Positions 8,749-18,439 are shown, numbered from the stretch's first letter. The stretch is 21,014 bases of DNA from Blastocatellia bacterium (GCA_049276615.1 JBASWT010000261.1:1-21014), one strand, 5' to 3'. The notes: generated by a model not told the origin, from the letters alone. Translations and numbers: made by a program.

Positions 8749-11700
8749 ACCAAACAGACTGGCATAAGGTAAAAGAGATTTTTAATTCTGCGCTAGATTG
8801 TGAAGCAAATAAAAGAGCAGAATTTTTAGCCAAATCTTGCCCTAATACTTTTATTCGTCAAGAGGTAGAAGCCTTAATTCAAGCTCATGAAGCGGCAGGA
8901 GATTTTATTGACGAACCTGCTTATAAAGCAACTTTAGGAAGTGCTTTAGCTACAATAGATAATACTTGGGTAGAAAAGAAAATAGGCCCCTATCAAGTTG
9001 AACGCGAACTTGGACGGGGAGGAATGGGAGTTGTTTACTTAGCTACACGAGCCGATGACCAATATAAAAAACAAGTAGCCATAAAGCTAGTTTCTGGCAT
9101 AAAAGCTGACTTTGTTTTACGACGTTTTTTAACTGAACGTCAAATTCTAGCTACTTTAGACCACCCTAACATTGCCAAATTACTAGATGGCGGCACAACA
9201 GAAGACGACTTTCCTTATTTGGTAATGGAATATATCGATGGTCAACCAATTTTAGAATATTGTGATGAAAAACAGCTTTCTATAGTAGAAAGACTAAAGC
9301 TTTTTTGTGATGTCTGTTCAGCCGTACAATATGCCCATCAAAATTTAATTATTCATCGAGACATTAAGCCAAGCAATATTTTAGTTACTTCTGAAGGTAT
9401 AGCAAGATTACTAGACTTTGGTATAGCAAAATTGCTTAATCCAGAGCTTTGCCTACATGAAGTTGATCAAACTATGACTGCTATGCGCTTGATGACTCCA
9501 GAATATGCTAGTCCAGAGCAAATACGCGGCGACAAAGTAACTATTGCTACAGATGTTTATTCTTTAGGTATTTTGCTTTATGAGCTTTTAACTGGACATC
9601 GTCCCTATCGTTTAGGCGAATGTTCTTTGATGGAAGCAGAACGCATTATTTGTGAAACAGATCCAGAAATGCCAAGTGCTAAAGTGACTAAACCAATAGC
9701 TACTTCAACAAAAAGATTTTTCATGGATGCCGACAAATTAAGTAAAGCTAGAAATAGTGATCCTAAACAGCTTCGGCGTATCTTAAGCGGAGATTTAGAT
9801 AATATTGTGATGATGGCACTACGTAAGGAGCCAAACCGACGTTATGTGTCAGCCGAACAACTAGCCGCAGATATTACCCGCTATATTAGTGGTTTTCCTG
9901 TAATTGCTCATAAAAATACATTTTTTTATAGAGCAGAAAAATTTTTTAATAGAAATAAATTATCTATAGCGTTTTCTTTTGTAATTTTCTTAATGGTAGT
10001 TGTACTAGGGGGTATGTGGTTAAATGCTACTTGGCAAGCAAAAGAGCGAGCTAGATTAGCTCATCAATTTGGGCGTAAAGCCAAAGAGGTAGAAGAATTT
10101 TTAAGATTTGCTAGAACTTTACCTTTGCATAATATAAACCGGGAAAAAGAAGTAATTAAATCTCAAATAGGACAATTATTAGTAGAAAGCAGTCAAGCCG
10201 GTAAATTAGGGCAAGGGATTAGTCAATATGCTATTGGCTACGGGTATCTTTCCTTACAAGATTATGAAAATGCCAACAAATATTTACAACAAGCTTGGGA
10301 TTATGGCTATCGTGATCCAGAACTTACCTATGCTCTAGGGTCTAGTTTAGGAGCTTTATATCAGAAAAATTTATTAGAAATAGAGAATTTACCAGATAAA
10401 GAAACTCAGGAAATACGACGTAAGGAAATAGAAAAGAATTACTTAAACCCAGCATTGTCTTACTTAAAAATGGGAGAGATTGGAAATAAAGAAAAAGCTA
10501 CTTACCTTAAAGCCTTGATAAATTTCTATGAAAAACGCTATTTAGAAGCAATTGTAGATGCTGATCAGGTTTTTACTCAGTCACCTTGGTTTTATGAAGC
10601 AAAAAAACTAGTTGCAGATTCTTATTTAGCTTTAGGGCTTGATTTTGCTGTTAGGTATGAACATAAATTAGCACTAGAAAATTTACTAGAAGCAAGAAAA
10701 GCCTATCAGTTAACTTTAGAAGTTGCTCGTAGTGATAGCAACGTGTTTTTAGGCTACTGTAATAGTTGGATTCAAACAATGGAATCAGAAGTAGCCAGTG
10801 GGAAAAGCTGGGAAAGTGCTTTCAATGAAGCTACTAGAGTTGGGCAAAATATGTTGCAAGCTGATCCAGTTGATAGTACTGCTTACGAAGCTTTAGCTAA
10901 GTGTTATTTAAGTAAAAGTAGTTATTTAGTTGAAAAGGGACAAGACCCACAATCTACTTTTGATGAAGTATTAAAAATAACTCAAACAGCTATAGAAGAA
11001 AAAGTAGCTAGTGAAGCAGTTTTTAACATTGCAGGTAATGTTTATTTAGAAATGGGCAATTATCAAGTAACAAAAGGGTTAGATCCTAATAAAAATTATG
11101 AGCAGGCAATAACTTATTTTCAAAAAGCCCTAGAAATAAATCCTAAAGATAGTAAAACTTATTCCTATATTGCTAGGGTTTATAGAGTTAAGGCAGCTTA
11201 TTTATCTAATTTTGGTACTGATAATGATGAGCTACTAGAAAAGGCAATAGAAAATTATCAAAAAGCAATTTCTCTTAATTTAGATTCTCCAGCTACGGCA
11301 CCAAATTATGCTAGGCTTGCTAATGTCTACTCGCTAAAGCTATATCAAGCAATAATAAAGGGACAAGATCCAGATCCATTTCTATTAAAGTCTGTAGAAA
11401 GCTACCAAAAATCTATAGAGCTTAATCCAAAATATTCATCTAGTTATTTATATATGGGGGTTGATTTTGCTACTAAGGCAGAATATGAGCTTTTAAGAAA
11501 ACGTAATCCTCAAACTTGGCTGGAAAGAGCAATATTAAATATGGAAAAAGCTTTAGAGCTAAGTCCAGAAAAAGTAGAGGTTTATAAATCTATAGTGTTT
11601 GTATATTTAGTAGAAGTAAAGTGGAAAGTATTTACAAATAAAGATCCTATAAAGGCATTAGAAAAGGCTGAACAATATATAAATAAATCTTTAAGCTTAA

Positions 11701-12191
11701 ATTCTGGGCCAGGTAATCAAGAAACCTATGCTTATAAAATAAATTTAGGGATTTTAATGGCTCGTTGGAAAATACAACAAAAACTTAGTCCAGAAGAAGA
11801 TTTTAAGCAAGCTGAAGAAACACTTAATAAAGCTTTAGTTATAAGACAGGATGACAATTTTACTCTTAGCCTAGCCATAGATCTTTACCAACATTGGGCT
11901 AAATGGCAAATCAAAAATACACCAAACAATAATTTTAATAAGTGTTTAATAATGTTAAAAAAATTTAAAGCATTAGATCCAAATTCGTTTATTCTTATTG
12001 CTCAAGAAGGAGCAAATTTAGTTTTACAAGCAGATTTAGAAAAAGTTAAAAAAAATAAAATATTATTGTTAGAAAAATCGATTATTAAGTTGGAAGAAGC
12101 AATGGAAAAAGACCCAACCTTGACCCTAGAATATGGGCCTATTCTTAAGGAGTCTGAAGAAAAATTAAAAAACCTAATGGTACAAAACTAA
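8745..12191 (+). CDS. Serine/threonine protein kinase (Hanks-type) with a conserved N-terminal ECF-STK module, a single TM helix and a C-terminal TPR-repeat domain
   Basis: 1148 aa. Kinase motifs are present: 'LGRGGMGVVY' (G-loop), 'VAIKLV', 'HRDIKPSNIL', 'DFGIAK', 'TPEYASPEQ'. The ~75-aa leader 'W..VKEIFNSALDCEANKRAEFLAKSCPNTFIRQEVEALIQAHE' is the module seen at the N-terminus of ECF-paired STKs. A hydrophobic segment 'LSIAFSFVIFLMVVVLGGMWL' lies at ~9957-10020. The C-terminal ~700 aa is TPR-like (repeated 'Y..A..Y' / 'A...Y.KAL.L.P' units). Confidence 0.85.
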   Translation: MNQTDWHKVKEIFNSALDCEANKRAEFLAKSCPNTFIRQEVEALIQAHEAAGDFIDEPAYKATLGSALATIDNTWVEKKIGPYQVERELGRGGMGVVYLATRADDQYKKQVAIKLVSGIKADFVLRRFLTERQILATLDHPNIAKLLDGGTTEDDFPYLVMEYIDGQPILEYCDEKQLSIVERLKLFCDVCSAVQYAHQNLIIHRDIKPSNILVTSEGIARLLDFGIAKLLNPELCLHEVDQTMTAMRLMTPEYASPEQIRGDKVTIATDVYSLGILLYELLTGHRPYRLGECSLMEAERIICETDPEMPSAKVTKPIATSTKRFFMDADKLSKARNSDPKQLRRILSGDLDNIVMMALRKEPNRRYVSAEQLAADITRYISGFPVIAHKNTFFYRAEKFFNRNKLSIAFSFVIFLMVVVLGGMWLNATWQAKERARLAHQFGRKAKEVEEFLRFARTLPLHNINREKEVIKSQIGQLLVESSQAGKLGQGISQYAIGYGYLSLQDYENANKYLQQAWDYGYRDPELTYALGSSLGALYQKNLLEIENLPDKETQEIRRKEIEKNYLNPALSYLKMGEIGNKEKATYLKALINFYEKRYLEAIVDADQVFTQSPWFYEAKKLVADSYLALGLDFAVRYEHKLALENLLEARKAYQLTLEVARSDSNVFLGYCNSWIQTMESEVASGKSWESAFNEATRVGQNMLQADPVDSTAYEALAKCYLSKSSYLVEKGQDPQSTFDEVLKITQTAIEEKVASEAVFNIAGNVYLEMGNYQVTKGLDPNKNYEQAITYFQKALEINPKDSKTYSYIARVYRVKAAYLSNFGTDNDELLEKAIENYQKAISLNLDSPATAPNYARLANVYSLKLYQAIIKGQDPDPFLLKSVESYQKSIELNPKYSSSYLYMGVDFATKAEYELLRKRNPQTWLERAILNMEKALELSPEKVEVYKSIVFVYLVEVKWKVFTNKDPIKALEKAEQYINKSLSLNSGPGNQETYAYKINLGILMARWKIQQKLSPEEDFKQAEETLNKALVIRQDDNFTLSLAIDLYQHWAKWQIKNTPNNNFNKCLIMLKKFKALDPNSFILIAQEGANLVLQADLEKVKKNKILLLEKSIIKLEEAMEKDPTLTLEYGPILKESEEKLKNLMVQN

Positions 12192-12194
12192 ATA

Positions 12195-13427
12195 TTATTT
12201 ATCTCCCATTTGTTCCATAATTGTAATTAGGTTGATTAAAAACTGCGCACTCTTTAGAACTTTTCCTACTTGTGTAGTAAAAGCATTTATAAGACGTTCA
12301 TCTTTATCATCAAATGTACCTTCAGCTTTATTTAAGACTTGTAAAACTCCAATAATTTTTCCTACATCATTTCTAATAGGAGCGCAAAGAATAGTTTTAG
12401 TTCTATAACCTGTTTTAATATCAATGTCTTTATTAAAACGATCGTCCTCATAAGCTTCAGGAATATTTACCAACTCGCCTTTAGTTGCAACATAACCTGC
12501 AATTCCTAGTTCCATAGGGAAGCGAATCTCATTAATTCCTGTTCCTTGAGCGACTTTTGACCAAAGTTCTCGGCTACTAAAATCAATTAAGAAAAGTGTA
12601 CTACGATCAGCATTCATTACTTGAGAAGTTTTCTTCATTAAAGACTGTAGTAAATTATCTGTATCTAAACCACTAGCTAGAGCTTTCATAATTAGCAACA
12701 TGGTTTTACTAACAGTAAAGCTAGTAGAGTCATCATCAATTTTATCATTTAGAACTGTTGCAGCTTGAGCAGCAAAAGCTTGCAATAAATATTCGTCTTC
12801 AGAGGTAAAGCTTCCAGTATTTTTATTAAATACTTCTATGACAGCAATAGTATTACCCGATTCATCCCGTAAAGGTGTTGCAATCATATTTTTTACTCTA
12901 TAGACAGGTTTTTCATCTATTTCCGAGTAAAAATGCTGATTTTTACTAGTATCTGAAACCATTATGGTTCTGCCGCTAGTAGCAACGTAGCCAGCTAAAC
13001 CAACATTTGAGGGAAATTCTTGGGTTTCTAATCTTTCTTGATCTTTTACTCTAACTTTTAAGTTATTATTATTAGCTGAGTCTACTAGAAAAAGCGCGCC
13101 TTGGTCAGCATCTACTAGCTCTGCTGCACGTTCTAAAATTAAATTTTGGCGTTTAATAAGGTTACTTTCTGCAGAAAGGCTGCGAATGGTATCTATTAGA
13201 AAATACAACACTTGAATTTTTTTATTTAATGTAGAAAGTTGTTCAAACTCTTTGTCTAAGAGTACCGAACTAAGTTCGCTGGTTTGTTGCAAGCGACGTG
13301 TTCTATCTGGTGTAGATAAAGAAGATAAAACTTCAGAAAGCTTAGAAACACGCGCTAATTCTGCTTCTAACCTGGTTTTTTCAGCTAAAGTTTGCTCATA
13401 CCAACCTTGAAAGTTAAATTTGCTCAT
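12195..13427 (-). CDS. Tandem GAF-domain protein with an N-terminal coiled coil (no output domain)
   Basis: 410 aa. Two GAF-like blocks are present ('GALFLVD...LAGYVATSGRTIMVSD' and 'STLFLIDF...IAGYVATKGELVNIPE'). GGAGA lies 11 nt upstream of the ATG. Confidence 0.65.
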   Translation of the reverse strand: MSKFNFQGWYEQTLAEKTRLEAELARVSKLSEVLSSLSTPDRTRRLQQTSELSSVLLDKEFEQLSTLNKKIQVLYFLIDTIRSLSAESNLIKRQNLILERAAELVDADQGALFLVDSANNNNLKVRVKDQERLETQEFPSNVGLAGYVATSGRTIMVSDTSKNQHFYSEIDEKPVYRVKNMIATPLRDESGNTIAVIEVFNKNTGSFTSEDEYLLQAFAAQAATVLNDKIDDDSTSFTVSKTMLLIMKALASGLDTDNLLQSLMKKTSQVMNADRSTLFLIDFSSRELWSKVAQGTGINEIRFPMELGIAGYVATKGELVNIPEAYEDDRFNKDIDIKTGYRTKTILCAPIRNDVGKIIGVLQVLNKAEGTFDDKDERLINAFTTQVGKVLKSAQFLINLITIMEQMGDK

Positions 13428-13637
13428 AACTGTCGCTTTCTCCGATTTATATTAAATTTTAATTGATTAATAAGAATGGAATAAGTTTATTGTTATAGCA
13501 GATCAATCGAAAACATATCAAACCTACATTCCATTTATTTACTAGCTGAACTATCATAAACAAAAAGTTGCTATTTTTAAAAAATTTTTAGTAACCTAAC
13601 TATTAATAATATCAATTAATTATCTAAAGGCTATAGT

Positions 13638-14615
13638 ATGAAACTTATTTATTTAACTTTGCTTTTAACATTTCTATTTCTTACTACTAACAACGTCTGT
13701 AGCTCTGCTAAAAAAGACAAAAGTGATCATATGGTCAAAAAGCTTAACATACAAATACTTTCTACTATGGTTGCAGACTCTGGAATTGGTGAATGGGGAT
13801 TTGCTGCAATCGTAACAGCAGATAATTACAAAATACTTTTTGATACAGGAGCATTACCCGATACAGTGTTAAAAAATGCACGTGAGCTAGATGTAAATTT
13901 AGCAAATGTTCAAGATATAATTTTAAGTCATAACCATTCAGACCATACAGGGGGCCTACTAGAACTTAGACGCGCTTATATGAAAGAAACTCCTAAAGCA
14001 CTTTCTCAAGCACATGTTGGAAAAGGGATATTTTGGAGCCGACCAAATAAATCTGGAACAGAAGTTAATGATATGCTAGAACTTCAAACTAGTTATAAAG
14101 CTTTAGGTGGAACTTTTATTGAATATACTAAACCAAAAGAAATTGCTCCAGGTGTTTGGGTTACAGGAGCAATTCCACGTATCCATCCAGAAAAAAATAT
14201 TAGTGGCTTAGGAAAAACTATCTCTCCTACAGGAACTATAGATGATAATATTCCTGAAGAATTGTCATTAGTAATTAATACATCTGATGGATTAGTAGTA
14301 ATTTCCGGTTGTGGTCATGCAGGAATTATTAATACATTAGAGCATGCACGTAAAGCAGTTAAAAATGATTCTATTTTAGCGGCAATAGGGGGGTTTCATC
14401 TTTTTGCTGCTACAGATCAAGAACTTGATTGGACAGCAAAGAAATTAAAAGAATTTAATACTAAAAATTTTATTGGAGCGCATTGTACAGGGTTAGAAGC
14501 TGTTTATCGTATTCGTCAGCAAGCTTCACTTAGTCGTAAAACTTGTGTTGTTGGAGCAGTTGGAGCAACTTTTAGCTTAGATAAAGGTATTGATCCATTA
14601 TATTTAGCACAGTAA
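13638..14615 (+). CDS. Secreted metallo-beta-lactamase-fold hydrolase
   Basis: 325 aa. It has an N-terminal signal peptide 'MKLIYLTLLLTFLFLTTNNVCSSA' and the MBL motif 'ILSHNHSDHTGG' (H-x-H-x-D-H), with later 'GCGHAG' / 'GGFH' metal-ligand regions. Confidence 0.7.
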   Translation: MKLIYLTLLLTFLFLTTNNVCSSAKKDKSDHMVKKLNIQILSTMVADSGIGEWGFAAIVTADNYKILFDTGALPDTVLKNARELDVNLANVQDIILSHNHSDHTGGLLELRRAYMKETPKALSQAHVGKGIFWSRPNKSGTEVNDMLELQTSYKALGGTFIEYTKPKEIAPGVWVTGAIPRIHPEKNISGLGKTISPTGTIDDNIPEELSLVINTSDGLVVISGCGHAGIINTLEHARKAVKNDSILAAIGGFHLFAATDQELDWTAKKLKEFNTKNFIGAHCTGLEAVYRIRQQASLSRKTCVVGAVGATFSLDKGIDPLYLAQ

Positions 14616-14626
14616 CTAGTTGTAAG

Positions 14627-15355
14627 CTATTTTACAGGTAAAGTTATAATAAATTCTGTTTCTGCTTCATTACTAGTAAAAGTAAGGTTACCTAAATTAG
14701 ATAAAATCATTTCACGAGCTACAGTTAAACCCATTCCTAAAGCATTGGTTTTAGTAGAAAAAAATGGTTCAAAAATCTTTTCTTCTAATTCTTTAGAAAT
14801 CATTGGGCCATTATTGGTAATCTTAATTAATATTTCTCCTGTCAAATCTTGACTAGTAATAATAGTTATTTCTGGCGAGGCAATAGATATAACACTATCT
14901 AAAGCATTATCTATAATCATTAATAGTGATTGGGCTAGTTTGTAAGCATTACCAGTAAAGGTTAAGAGTTTAGAATCTAAATTTAGTGTAATTGGCAATC
15001 TATTTGGTGTAGGTAAATATGCTGCAACATGAACTGTCTCTTTTACTAAATCATTAATATTAATCAATGTTTCGGACGAAGTTGTTTTAGTAAAAAGCTG
15101 TAACTCTCGTAGTTTTTCTGATAATCGTTTAACTCCATTGTTTATAGTATCAATACGTTTTTTAATTTTTGGATCAGCCATTATAGGATTAATTTGCAGT
15201 AACTCAACATTGCCATTAACTGAGGTAAGAGGGTTGTTTAAGTCATGGATAAAATTTCCCATCATCATACCAGTTAGCCAGAACCTTTGATTGCTTGCTA
15301 GAATAGTATGTAATCGGTCTAGTTGTTGCTGTAATTCTTCTATAGTTGGCTGCAT
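14627..15355 (-). CDS. Histidine kinase catalytic core (HisKA + HATPase_c) without a sensor domain
   Basis: 242 aa. It has the H-box 'FIHDLNNPLTSV' and N/G boxes ('IIDNALDS', 'LGMGLTVAREMI'), with no TM or sensory domain. AGGAAA lies 5 nt upstream of the ATG, which sits 15 nt after the stop of the upstream 494-aa gene. Confidence 0.75.
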   Translation of the reverse strand: MQPTIEELQQQLDRLHTILASNQRFWLTGMMMGNFIHDLNNPLTSVNGNVELLQINPIMADPKIKKRIDTINNGVKRLSEKLRELQLFTKTTSSETLININDLVKETVHVAAYLPTPNRLPITLNLDSKLLTFTGNAYKLAQSLLMIIDNALDSVISIASPEITIITSQDLTGEILIKITNNGPMISKELEEKIFEPFFSTKTNALGMGLTVAREMILSNLGNLTFTSNEAETEFIITLPVK

Positions 15356-15370
15356 ATGTTTTCCTATAGT

Positions 15371-16855
15371 TTAGACTTTAATTTTCCAACAAGTATCTAG
15401 TAATTTATGTCGAGTAGCAGATAAATCACAAGCTTTTTCTAATTTTCCTTTTTGCTGCATAAGATTACTTAATTTTTCTAGTTCATCAGCTATTTGATGA
15501 GCTTGCATAATAAAATAATTTACAGTCATTAGCTGAGTATCTAATAAGTGAGGTGGAGAACTTGCTTGGGCTGCACGGTAAGTTATATAGGATTCATTGA
15601 TTTCTGCTATAATTGCAGCAGAACGCCCTAGTAAATCATTAGTAAGCCGTATATCAGGATCAGGATTATTACTATTTAGTAATGCTTCTTTTTCCCAATA
15701 AGAGATTATTAGACGGGAATTCTCTAGTTCAAGTATTTGCACAGAAGCATTAGGATTTTGAGGAACTCCACTAAGTAATTGCTTTAGTTTATTACATCGC
15801 TCAGATATTTTATTACCTAATCTTTGTTCATTTAAGGCATCTCGGTCTATTTTTTGTTCTGAGGAATATTGAGGATCTAATCCATAAAATGAAATTGTCT
15901 TTTCTAACGTTGCACGAATATGCAGAAAAGTACGTAGTCGTTCGCTATTATTTCCATAGTCAGACTGTAACATTTGGTCATTTTTAGAACTAAATTCCAT
16001 AGCTCCTTCAGCCGTAATTTCACTACCTTGACCAGTTTGTATCATATCCATACCAGTATTAATTAAGAGTTGACTAAATTGGCGTACTTTCTCATTTTCT
16101 ATTTTGTAGAGTTGGGCAAATTTTTGTCTTAGAACAGTATTTACTTGGACACATTTAGCTAGGACATTAGCATTATAAAAATGTGTGCCAAAAGAATTTT
16201 TTAGCTTGCGGCCTTTATTAATATAATCACCAGAAATTAAGTCATCAAAAGAGTTAACTCCCATAAGTTCACGAATAAAAGCATCACATTGGCTTAAAGT
16301 GGCAGCTAGACTTGGGTGATCATATCTTAGATATTCTGGTAGTAATTTTAATATTTCATCTTTTAAGCTTTGTTCAGAAGTTACTTTTAGTCTAGGTAGC
16401 CCATCAGTTTCTACACAAAAACATTGTGTAAGCAAATAATCTACTTTTCCTTGGTCTACTTCTAGTCTTTCACTTTTATTAAGTAAAAACTGAGAAATTA
16501 AAAGTAAATGCTCATTAGGGAGTTCTTTATTTTTTTCACAATAATTACGTAGCAAAAATGGGGTAAGTTTACGGTCAATTATTTCAAACCATCGCCAAAT
16601 ACTATTTAATGATCCATCTATTTCCGTAAGTAAAGTAGTTACTTGATTTGGGTCTGGCTGCTCCATCATTTTTCTTAATAAATTAAGCTTACCATAAACT
16701 TGGTTTAAGTCTGCTGGAGGAGTGCTTTCTTCAGAAGTTAATGGAATACCTAGACCAAAATAATGTTTGCTTAAAGCATAAATTATCTTAAAACGTCTAG
16801 CATAATCATTATAACGTTTTACTAAATCTTGAATATTTGCGGCAGAAGTTTCCAT
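15371..16855 (-). CDS. Hypothetical protein (494 aa), predicted soluble, no recognisable family; co-transcribed with the histidine kinase
   Basis: Long ORF with the same composition as its neighbours and 15 nt from the downstream HK. No motifs are recognisable by eye. Confidence 0.5.
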   Translation of the reverse strand: METSAANIQDLVKRYNDYARRFKIIYALSKHYFGLGIPLTSEESTPPADLNQVYGKLNLLRKMMEQPDPNQVTTLLTEIDGSLNSIWRWFEIIDRKLTPFLLRNYCEKNKELPNEHLLLISQFLLNKSERLEVDQGKVDYLLTQCFCVETDGLPRLKVTSEQSLKDEILKLLPEYLRYDHPSLAATLSQCDAFIRELMGVNSFDDLISGDYINKGRKLKNSFGTHFYNANVLAKCVQVNTVLRQKFAQLYKIENEKVRQFSQLLINTGMDMIQTGQGSEITAEGAMEFSSKNDQMLQSDYGNNSERLRTFLHIRATLEKTISFYGLDPQYSSEQKIDRDALNEQRLGNKISERCNKLKQLLSGVPQNPNASVQILELENSRLIISYWEKEALLNSNNPDPDIRLTNDLLGRSAAIIAEINESYITYRAAQASSPPHLLDTQLMTVNYFIMQAHQIADELEKLSNLMQQKGKLEKACDLSATRHKLLDTCWKIKV

Positions 16856-16982
16856 AATTATTTATTTTTGCAGATACTTAAGGATTAATGTTTTCTATTT
16901 GTAGCTCGATTATAAAGTGATTTAACTACTATTGCAGCAAATTTTTTAATCATCGCTTTTTGTTAACTAAAAATTTCTTTAG

Positions 16983-18017
16983 TTAGTTACCTTGATTTTG
17001 TTGTTTCTTTTGCCGACGATAAGCAGCAACTGCTGTTAAATGCTCAGATTCAGTACGTGAAAAATTATGACGACCATCTACGCCATTAGCAACAAAATAT
17101 AAATAATCTACCTCAGATGGATAAAGGGCTGCATCTATTGACTTGATGCCAGGTGAAGCGATCGGGCCAATAGGAAGTCCAGTTATATAGTAAGTGTTAT
17201 AAGGTGATTCACGTTTACGGTGTATAGGATTATTTACTTGTCCATCCCATTCTTTAACTACTTTAGCTCCATAAATAAAAGTAGGGTCACAATCTAATCT
17301 CATTTCTCGCTTAAGCCGATTATAAAAAACAGCCGCAATTGTTGGGCGTTCCTCATTAATTTTTGCTTCTTTTTCCACCAAAGATGCCATTGTTATTACT
17401 TGATGCAAAGTCATTCCCTTTGCTTTGATACGTTCTTGGCGTTCAGATGTTAAAGTTTGTCGAAAGCGTCTTACCATTGCAGCAATAAGTTGAGGGGCTT
17501 TTTGTTGACGGGTATAAGTTTAAGTATCAGGAAATAAATAACCTTCTAAATCTTTTGCTTCAGGATCTAAATCTTTTATCAAATCGGTGTTGGCAATTGC
17601 TTTTTCAATTTCTTTTTGACTATCAATTTGAGCATCAGTTAGGGCTTGGATTATGTCAAATTTATCATAACCTTCAGGAATAGTTATTTGTTGAGTAACT
17701 ACTGAGCCTTGGTTTAATTTAGCTATTACTTCTAATGGGGTAATAGGGGACTCAAATAAATAATCACCTGCTTGTAACTTACTTTTTTCAGGATTTAACT
17801 TTAAGTAAACCAACAGGGGCCAACTACTACTAATAATTTCTTGTTTTGCTAACAAATCTATAATTGCTCGTCGGCTCGTTCCTGCTTCAATAGTGATTAT
17901 TTCTTGACTATGGTTATTTGGTTTAACTAGTTGTTTATAACCCCAAAAAAGAGTTCCTCCACCAATTGCTAGTAATATGGATAAAGATAAAATTAATATT
18001 TTTAATAAACGTTTCAT
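16983..18017 (-). pseudogene. mltG: Endolytic murein transglycosylase MltG (YceG-like) interrupted by one in-frame TAA
   Basis: The N-terminal ORF (17520-18017) carries a signal-anchor helix and the YceG N-domain, ending '...LEGYLFPDT'. The stop is TAA at 17520-17522. The same reading frame continues 'TYTRQQKAPQLIAAM VRRFRQ...' into ORF 16983-17477, which carries the conserved catalytic C-half ('YNTYYITGLPIGPIASPG', 'YLYFVANGVDGRHNFS'). In E. coli MltG the matching position is 'YPDTWMYT', so TAA most simply replaces TAT/TGG. Confidence 0.7.
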
Positions 18018-18025
18018 TATAGTTT

Positions 18026-18439
18026 TTACTTAGGCAAATTAGAAAGATAGTCTTCCAAAATTATTAACGCTGCAAACTGATCGATTTTAGCTTTCCGTTG
18101 TTTTAAGCTTAATCCAAAATCTTTCATTCTTTCTTCTGCTTCATAAGAAGTAAGACGCTCATCCCAAGTAGTTATTGGACAAGATAAAGAAAGTAAAAGT
18201 TGAGCAACAAATTTTTCTACTTTTACTGCGGAATCTCCTTTTGTTCCATCTAGCCTAAGTGGTAAGCCTACAATGATTTGACTAACTTCTAAGTCTTCAA
18301 TATATTGTTTTATTTGAGCTAAGGCGGTTTCTTTTGGTATACGTGAGAGTGTAACTAATGGTCGTGCTGTCATCATTAGCTCATCACTAACGGCTAAACC
18401 AAGTCTTTTCTCTCCATAATCAATAGCTAGTATTCGCAT
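18026..18439 (-). CDS. ruvX: Holliday-junction resolvase-like / pre-16S rRNA nuclease RuvX (YqgF)
   Basis: 138 aa from ATG 'MRILAIDYGEKRLGLAVSD', the canonical YqgF start. The length is typical for the family. The track's 18490 start is a TTG-initiated 17-aa extension. Confidence 0.8.
   Translation of the reverse strand: MRILAIDYGEKRLGLAVSDELMMTARPLVTLSRIPKETALAQIKQYIEDLEVSQIIVGLPLRLDGTKGDSAVKVEKFVAQLLLSLSCPITTWDERLTSYEAEERMKDFGLSLKQRKAKIDQFAALIILEDYLSNLPK

Noticed and set aside
13475-13535. 8-bp inverted repeat AATGGAAT / ATTCCATT separated by 45 nt in the GAF/MBL divergent region
   Set aside because: The arms are too short and too far apart for a single operator. Such matches are expected by chance in 210 bp of 25% GC DNA.
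16965-16984. 7-bp stem AACTAAA/TTTAGTT overlapping the MltG stop
   Set aside because: The stem is weak, no U-tract follows on the minus-strand transcript, and it overlaps the coding end. I do not call it a terminator.
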